Origin: Desulfocapsa sulfexigens DSM 10523
Lineage (GTDB): Bacteria; Desulfobacterota; Desulfobulbia; Desulfobulbales; Desulfocapsaceae
Direction of reading: 5' to 3'
Assembly (NCBI RefSeq): GCF_000341395.1
Contig: NC_020304.1
Coordinates: 2,220,001-2,252,000, forward strand
Length of the DNA stretch: 32,000 bases
The first letter of the stretch is position 1. Every line of letters begins with the position of its first letter. Below the pieces are notes generated by a model, which was not told where the DNA came from, did no database searches, and was given only the letters and a program-made list of their open reading frames with translations. This document shows positions 26,802-32,000 of the stretch, in pieces. The position numbers and the translations under genes are program-made.

Positions 26802-28583
26802 ATGAACGCGAATGGAGAACTAAAGAAAATATTTTTCATATCTATGGCTACTGTCCGGCTTGAGCTAATCGTTACCACAGCGGTCTTCGCTGTCTTGTTG
26901 TACTTTATTTTTGATTTTATCTCTCAAGAGCGTTTTGTTTATTTTTGGGATTTTGCAAATTATTGGTCTAGGTATAGGGATTTCAACGAGTTGTTTTTTG
27001 AATCGCCTTTGAGGGCCTTGGGAAAAGTAATACCTTCGGTAAGGCATGATGAATATAATTTGTTTCCAGTCGCTTTGCTGTTACCCGCTGGGATTACCCT
27101 CGGTAATTCTCGAATAAGTTTTGTTGTCGCAAATGCTCTTCTGTTTAATTTCCCCACCATTGTTTTGTTTGCCTACTTTTTTAAATCAAGAATTAGTAAG
27201 GAACGTGAATTCAGTACTACCGGCTTGGAATATATTGTAGCCCTATTCTGTATGGCTTTGGCACCACAGCTATGGGTACCTGTTCTTTGTGGTTACTTGG
27301 GCACAGGAGGATTGTTTCTGGCTATTGCAGTGTTAATACTTTATAGCAGGAAATCGTTCAGCGATCAAAACTATTGGTCTATCCTCTACATGGCTTTTTT
27401 GCTTAGCTTGATGGTGGTTTTCAGGCGGTGGTATGCATACTGGGTTGTCGGATTTCTTGTCAGTATTACAATTGTTAATATACTTTTTCTTGTAAATACG
27501 TATCGTATAAATTTTAAAGAGTATATGCCAACCATGGTTAAACTTTTTCTGTTTGGCGGCGCTTCTGCTGGTTTTTTTATATGCTTAGCGACTCCCCAGG
27601 CTATAAGAATGCTCACAACTGATTATGGTGATATCTATTCAGGGTATAAATATGCCACATCATTTACGGATACTCTACAAGACCTGAATGCCCATTTTGG
27701 CCTTCTCACCCTTGCAAGCGCAGCTTTAGGGTTTCTTTTTTCCTTAAAGAATATCAAACGTAGTCAAACGGCGATTATTCTTTTCCTCCAGTTCTGGCTC
27801 AGTTTTATCCTGTTTACCAGAACCCAGGATATGGGATACCATCACTACTATATTTTACTGCCATCACTTCTCTATTTTTCATGCTACTTCTGGATGGTCT
27901 TGTTGACGATTGTCAGTGGGAAATTAGCAAGCTCACTGGCCTTCGTCATATTGTTTTGTCTTCTCCTATTGAATTTTACCATTGTTTTTGTTCCCCCTGT
28001 TGCCGATGTTCTGCCAAAGTTTGATTCTGCGTTTTCTCAGTTGAGACACTATCCGATGAAACGTCATGATATTGGAGAAATACATAACATATTAGAATAC
28101 TTCGATGAGCAGGAATTAAGTGAAGTCGACAAGGTGTATGTTCTTGCAAGTGGTCTCATTCTCAACGACGATATTCTGAGAAAGGGATGTGAAGCTGAAA
28201 ATGGGAAGTATGCAATCTGTGATTGTTTTGCAACGACTGCCCACGTGGATAAAAGAGACGGGTTGCCTGTGGAGCTTTTTCAATCAAAGTATATTGTTAC
28301 AACTGAGCCAGCTCAATTTCACCTGGACCCAAAAGACCAACAGGTAATAGGCATAGTAAGGGATATGGTCGTTCATCAGGAGGGGTTCGGAAAAAATTAT
28401 CGAAAACTGAAGATCGAATTCACTCTTGATGAAAATGTTGATGTTTTAATATATCAAAAGATTGGTGAGAAATTTTCTGAAGATGATTTGCAAGATATTT
28501 CGGATAGATTTGTGAGATTATATCCTGCTCACAGTGGAAAATTTTTATTTCCTTCAGATATATTTGACCAACTTACTGATTAA
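26802..28583 (+). CDS. 593-aa polytopic membrane protein, probably a GT-C fold (ArnT/PMT-like) glycosyltransferase with a C-terminal periplasmic domain
   Basis: About 11-13 TM segments and an aromatic/acidic first-loop motif FVYFWDFANYW. The ~190-aa soluble C-terminus and the position downstream of the ArnC-like and YdjC-like genes also fit. AAGGA RBS present. Confidence 0.55.
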   Translation: MNANGELKKIFFISMATVRLELIVTTAVFAVLLYFIFDFISQERFVYFWDFANYWSRYRDFNELFFESPLRALGKVIPSVRHDEYNLFPVALLLPAGITLGNSRISFVVANALLFNFPTIVLFAYFFKSRISKEREFSTTGLEYIVALFCMALAPQLWVPVLCGYLGTGGLFLAIAVLILYSRKSFSDQNYWSILYMAFLLSLMVVFRRWYAYWVVGFLVSITIVNILFLVNTYRINFKEYMPTMVKLFLFGGASAGFFICLATPQAIRMLTTDYGDIYSGYKYATSFTDTLQDLNAHFGLLTLASAALGFLFSLKNIKRSQTAIILFLQFWLSFILFTRTQDMGYHHYYILLPSLLYFSCYFWMVLLTIVSGKLASSLAFVILFCLLLLNFTIVFVPPVADVLPKFDSAFSQLRHYPMKRHDIGEIHNILEYFDEQELSEVDKVYVLASGLILNDDILRKGCEAENGKYAICDCFATTAHVDKRDGLPVELFQSKYIVTTEPAQFHLDPKDQQVIGIVRDMVVHQEGFGKNYRKLKIEFTLDENVDVLIYQKIGEKFSEDDLQDISDRFVRLYPAHSGKFLFPSDIFDQLTD

Positions 28584-28700
28584 AGGATGTTGGTATTCAA
28601 AATCAAGTTGATTGGTAATGGTGTTTTGAGGAGCCACTAAAAAAATGAAATGGCCGTCTCTACTTGAGCATGTCATTGGTTCGAGTGAGAAAAAAAGTAT

Positions 28701-29744
28701 ATGAGAATACAGCATCTTGAGTATTTCAGGGCTATTTCAATATTATTTATCGTCGCTGGCCATTCTTTTCATCCCTGGCCTATTGATACGATACCAGAAA
28801 AAATTCTAGCTAATGTGGTTTCCGGGGGATCGGCTTTATTCGTCTTTCTTTCTGGATTCTTTTTTCACCATGTTTTCTATCCAGATTTTCACTATAGAAA
28901 CTTTTTAATAAAAAAAATTAAAAACGTATTACTCCCCTACATAGTATTGACTGTTGTCGCTTTTGTTTTATTTGTTGTTTACCTGGATGTGCCAAGGAGG
29001 TTTCTTGCTCAAGATTTTGTTACGGTATCTGATGGCTTTGAGCTACTGTTTCAATATCTCATTACCGGCAGAATACTGACGGCTTATTGGTATGTTCCAT
29101 TTATAATGCTAGTTTTTGCACTGTCACCAATATTTGTTCTGTATATAAATCTATCGAAACAAAAACAAATTTGCATTTTTTCCGTACTGCTCTTACTCTC
29201 AATGGTTGTCCATAGACCTTCATATGGACTGTCCCCGACCCACTCAGTTGTCTATTTTTTACCCATATACCTTTTAGGCATAACGTCTTCAGTTAATTAT
29301 AAATATATTTTGCAATTCATCCACAATAAATGTTTGTTTTTTGGTTCTTTGACAATTGCATTATCAGTAATTCAAGTTGTTTTTTATGGTACATATGGGG
29401 ATTTCTCTAAGGGAACAATGCTCTCGTACAATGGCCTGGACGTAGTGATACTTCAAAAGATATGTATGATCTTTTTTATGCTTTCAGTGCTGCAAAAAAT
29501 TGATAGTAAGGAAATAGCAGTTTTGAGCTATATCGCATCCATCAGTTTTTCTATATATTTTATCCATCCTTTTATTCTTCATCTTCTGTCTTATTTTTTG
29601 GTGGAAGAGTATGTCAGAACCTTTATTCCTGGTGGTGTTGTCTGTTTTGTTAAAATACTATTTGTTATCTCTGTGAGTATTCTTTTTTCTTTTTTGTTCA
29701 AAGCCATATTAGGTAATAAGAGCAGGTATATTGTAGGCAGTTAG
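28701..29744 (+). CDS. Membrane acyltransferase family 3 (OafA/WecH-like O-acyltransferase)
   Basis: The N-terminal LEYFRAISILFIVAGHSF matches the R-x-x-x-x-L-x-V-x-x-x-H signature. About 10 TM segments. Confidence 0.8.
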   Translation: MRIQHLEYFRAISILFIVAGHSFHPWPIDTIPEKILANVVSGGSALFVFLSGFFFHHVFYPDFHYRNFLIKKIKNVLLPYIVLTVVAFVLFVVYLDVPRRFLAQDFVTVSDGFELLFQYLITGRILTAYWYVPFIMLVFALSPIFVLYINLSKQKQICIFSVLLLLSMVVHRPSYGLSPTHSVVYFLPIYLLGITSSVNYKYILQFIHNKCLFFGSLTIALSVIQVVFYGTYGDFSKGTMLSYNGLDVVILQKICMIFFMLSVLQKIDSKEIAVLSYIASISFSIYFIHPFILHLLSYFLVEEYVRTFIPGGVVCFVKILFVISVSILFSFLFKAILGNKSRYIVGS

Positions 29745-29831
29745 GTTGGGACTTTCTGAATTTATGTGTGAAAATATGGCTTTATTGATATGTCAATCAG
29801 TACGGTTCCCCTATGAATCGTTCACCATGTC

Positions 29832-31556
29832 ATGTCAGTAGGAATTCATAAAAAAATGAAAATGTATCCCACAAACACATCCCTGGTAGCAGGTTTTCAT
29901 CTTTCTCTTATTATTGTTTTATATGGTCTTGCATTTGTGGTTGTTTTTGAGCGGCCCTTAGATGTTCAACAGTGGCAATGGGCTGATGATGCGTTGTTTT
30001 ATGATAATGCCAGGGCTATTATTAGTAATTTCGGTGAAGATTTCTGGTTAGGACCTTTCACTGAAGTGCTGCTTGCGAAAGCTCCATTTTTTTCTATATT
30101 TGTCGCATTATCAATAAGTAGCGGAATCCCACTTCGAGTATTGGAATTTTTGTTGTACGTGCCGTTACCATTCTTGTTTTTGTTTGCTCTTCGTCCTCTT
30201 CAACTGCCTAAGTTTTTCCTCCTGTCTATCAGTATCGTGTGTTTACTGTTTATTCCTGCTGCTGGTTTGCAACTGAGGCTTGTCCGTACTACTGTATTTG
30301 GTGCGATAGTGCTGTATACGCTAATTTTTATGACAGCCCTTATAGTTTATGTGGCGATGCGACAAAAAAGAATCTGGATTTGGGCTTTTTTGACGGGGGC
30401 AGGTATAGGTTGTGCTGCAATGACCCGTGAAGAAGGAATCTGGCTTTTTTTTCCTGCATTAATTGCAATGACAGCAGTTTTTCTTTTCTCCAGGAAACAA
30501 AAAAGAGTTATTGAAGTGATTGTACTTACACTTCTTTTAGTGGTTGGGTATCAGGTACCATTGGCTACTTTTTCTTTATTAAATTACCATTCATATGGTG
30601 TGTTTTCCCCTTCTTTAAGGCAGAATCAGTCATATAAAAAATTGTACTCCACTTTAACGTCGATTGAGCCGGCTGAAAGGTCTAAGTATGTACCCTTTGC
30701 TGCAAAGGCAAGACAAAGTACATATGAAATATCACCGTATTTCAGACAATTAAAACCATTTGTCGAGGGGGCGGCTGTGGACGATCTGGCAACTAATGCT
30801 GAGCATCACAGGATAAGTGGCTGGGGGGAAAAACTGAATACGCGAGAGTTTTTTGTTTCGACGTTTGATTGGGCCTTGGCAAGAGCAATTTTTCTCAGTG
30901 GGAGAACAACCGCCCGTGACTTTTTAGATTTCTGCGACAAGGCTACAGAGGAGATTCAATCTGCTATCCACTCGGGTGAACTCGTGGCTGGTAGTACAGG
31001 CCTGGGACTGTTACCTTCTTTGTCTGAAGGTGAAGTTTCTCAGGTCTTGTATGCTACCTACAGGTCAATACAGCTGCTGTTCTGGCCACAAGGAATTGTC
31101 CGAAAAAATAATCTCAGCACCAATCCAAATCCTGGAGTTGCTTCAAATTGGCATTCGTCACTCGGCACTTGGGCAGCTGATTCTCATGTCCTCGGCGAGC
31201 GTTTTTCAGATATTGTGTTTAATCGTTTTGTGGTCAATCTTTTTAAAGTGAGCTATGGAATAACCTTTGTACTCGGAATAATTGCTCTTGTATTTTTACT
31301 TCGCAAAGAGAAACGGCAAGGGGTGATACTTTTAGCAGTAATGACAGCTTCTGCAGGAGGAGTGATTGCTTTTAGTGTTGTTATGGGAGTTATGGATACT
31401 ATTGCCTGGTCTATATTAGAACAGGTTGGGAGTTACAATATTATAGGACAATTCCCACTACATTTTTTATTCTTGATTTCAGTTGTTGCCATCCTGCATT
31501 GTTTTGAGGTTTTTCGATCAGAAAAGCTTGTTACAGAGAAGGAAATATCTGTTTAG
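29832..31556 (+). CDS. 574-aa polytopic membrane protein, a second possible GT-C-type glycosyltransferase
   Basis: Multiple TM segments. The first extracytoplasmic loop carries WADDALFYDNARAI, resembling the acidic D/E-x-x-x-Y loop of ArnT/PMT-type enzymes. A ~200-aa soluble insert lies before the final TM bundle. The start is ambiguous, with several early Met codons. Confidence 0.5.
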   Translation: MSVGIHKKMKMYPTNTSLVAGFHLSLIIVLYGLAFVVVFERPLDVQQWQWADDALFYDNARAIISNFGEDFWLGPFTEVLLAKAPFFSIFVALSISSGIPLRVLEFLLYVPLPFLFLFALRPLQLPKFFLLSISIVCLLFIPAAGLQLRLVRTTVFGAIVLYTLIFMTALIVYVAMRQKRIWIWAFLTGAGIGCAAMTREEGIWLFFPALIAMTAVFLFSRKQKRVIEVIVLTLLLVVGYQVPLATFSLLNYHSYGVFSPSLRQNQSYKKLYSTLTSIEPAERSKYVPFAAKARQSTYEISPYFRQLKPFVEGAAVDDLATNAEHHRISGWGEKLNTREFFVSTFDWALARAIFLSGRTTARDFLDFCDKATEEIQSAIHSGELVAGSTGLGLLPSLSEGEVSQVLYATYRSIQLLFWPQGIVRKNNLSTNPNPGVASNWHSSLGTWAADSHVLGERFSDIVFNRFVVNLFKVSYGITFVLGIIALVFLLRKEKRQGVILLAVMTASAGGVIAFSVVMGVMDTIAWSILEQVGSYNIIGQFPLHFLFLISVVAILHCFEVFRSEKLVTEKEISV

Positions 31557-31728
31557 AAAGAGTTATTGTTTCTGCATACACCCACTGCCACTTTTGGCAG
31601 TCTGGGCGTTCCCCAGTGAGTTGTTTTATGATTCTTCGGATCAGAATATGAGATGAAAAACATTGGCAATATTCACGATTAAAAAAATCACCTTCCAGGG
31701 TGAAAGTGGATAATATAAAGGATTTTTG

Positions 31729-32000
31729 ATGTCTTTAAGTGATCTAGCAGTGATTGTAAATGATGTATCCAAGTGCTATCAAATTTATGAGCAGCCGGCT
31801 GATCGTCTGAAACAGATGCTGTTTCCCCCCTTGTATCAACACGTATTAAGAAAAGTATCTAAACAATATTTTTCAGAGTATTGGGCTTTGAAAAATGTCT
31901 CGTTTACTGTGGAGAAGGGTCAATCTGTAGGTATTGTGGGGAAGAATGGTGCGGGCAAGTCCACATTGTTACAGATTATATGCGGGGTTTTGTTTCCTAC
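31729..32000 (+). CDS. wzt: Second Wzt-type polysaccharide export ABC ATPase, 5' part only (truncated by the right window edge)
   Basis: My translation is MSLSDLAVIVNDVSKCYQIYEQPADRLKQMLFPPLYQHVLRKVSKQYFSEYWALKNVSFTVEKGQSVGIVGKNGAGKSTLLQIICG. It is colinear with the N-terminus of the 9649 Wzt and about half the residues look identical by eye. Confidence 0.85.
   Translation, partial: MSLSDLAVIVNDVSKCYQIYEQPADRLKQMLFPPLYQHVLRKVSKQYFSEYWALKNVSFTVEKGQSVGIVGKNGAGKSTLLQIICGVLFP

Noticed and set aside
31584-31601. Perfect 7-bp hairpin (ACTGCCA cttt TGGCAGT) 28 nt after the stop of the 574-aa gene, considered as an intrinsic terminator
   Set aside because: The stem is short, has moderate GC content and is followed by ctgggcgttcc rather than a T-tract. 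That is not enough to call a Rho-independent terminator.
1-32000. Mobile element, genomic island or defence system explanation for the accessory-looking content
   Set aside because: I recognised no integrase, transposase, recombinase, tRNA attachment site, terminal inverted repeats, nuclease, helicase or methyltransferase signatures. Gene content is consistently envelope biosynthesis and export.

Overview
The window is almost entirely coding. I saw no rRNA, tRNA, CRISPR array, transposase or integrase. It reads as a diderm cell-envelope glycoconjugate or glycolipid biosynthesis and export locus, next to a polyketide/fatty-acid-type megasynthase. The main contents are:

- **Megasynthase (1-3863, minus).** This large ORF is missing from the supplied track because it runs off the left edge. 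It encodes NMO-type enoyl reductase, ketosynthase and the start of an acyltransferase.
- **Plus-strand operon (4307-11028).** A GT1/MJ1255-like glycosyltransferase is followed by a 1128-aa protein made of tandem repeats, a GT4 domain and a GT2 domain. Then come Wzm and a Wzt with a C-terminal glycan-binding domain.
- **Middle region (11015-18279).** It holds a 612-aa polytopic membrane protein, three GT4 genes (one carrying a G8 tract) and a lone B12-binding radical SAM gene.
- **Minus-strand operon (24071-18307).** It encodes a MacB/DevC-like permease, an ATPase, a TolC-like channel, an HlyD-like adaptor and a Wzx-like MOP flippase.
- **Plus-strand operon (24837-31556).** An ArnC/GtrB-like GT2, a YdjC-family deacetylase and a GT-C-like membrane protein resemble the Lgm/FlmF2-NaxD-FlmK lipid A aminosugar logic. 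An acyltransferase-3 protein and a second GT-C-like membrane protein follow.
- **Right edge (31729-32000).** A second, truncated Wzt paralog.

I saw no initiating phosphoglycosyltransferase, nucleotide-sugar synthesis gene or classical chain terminator.

My leading hypothesis is a PKS-derived glycolipid or capped glycan envelope layer with several export routes. This is inference. All calls come from reading motifs by eye, with no database search.
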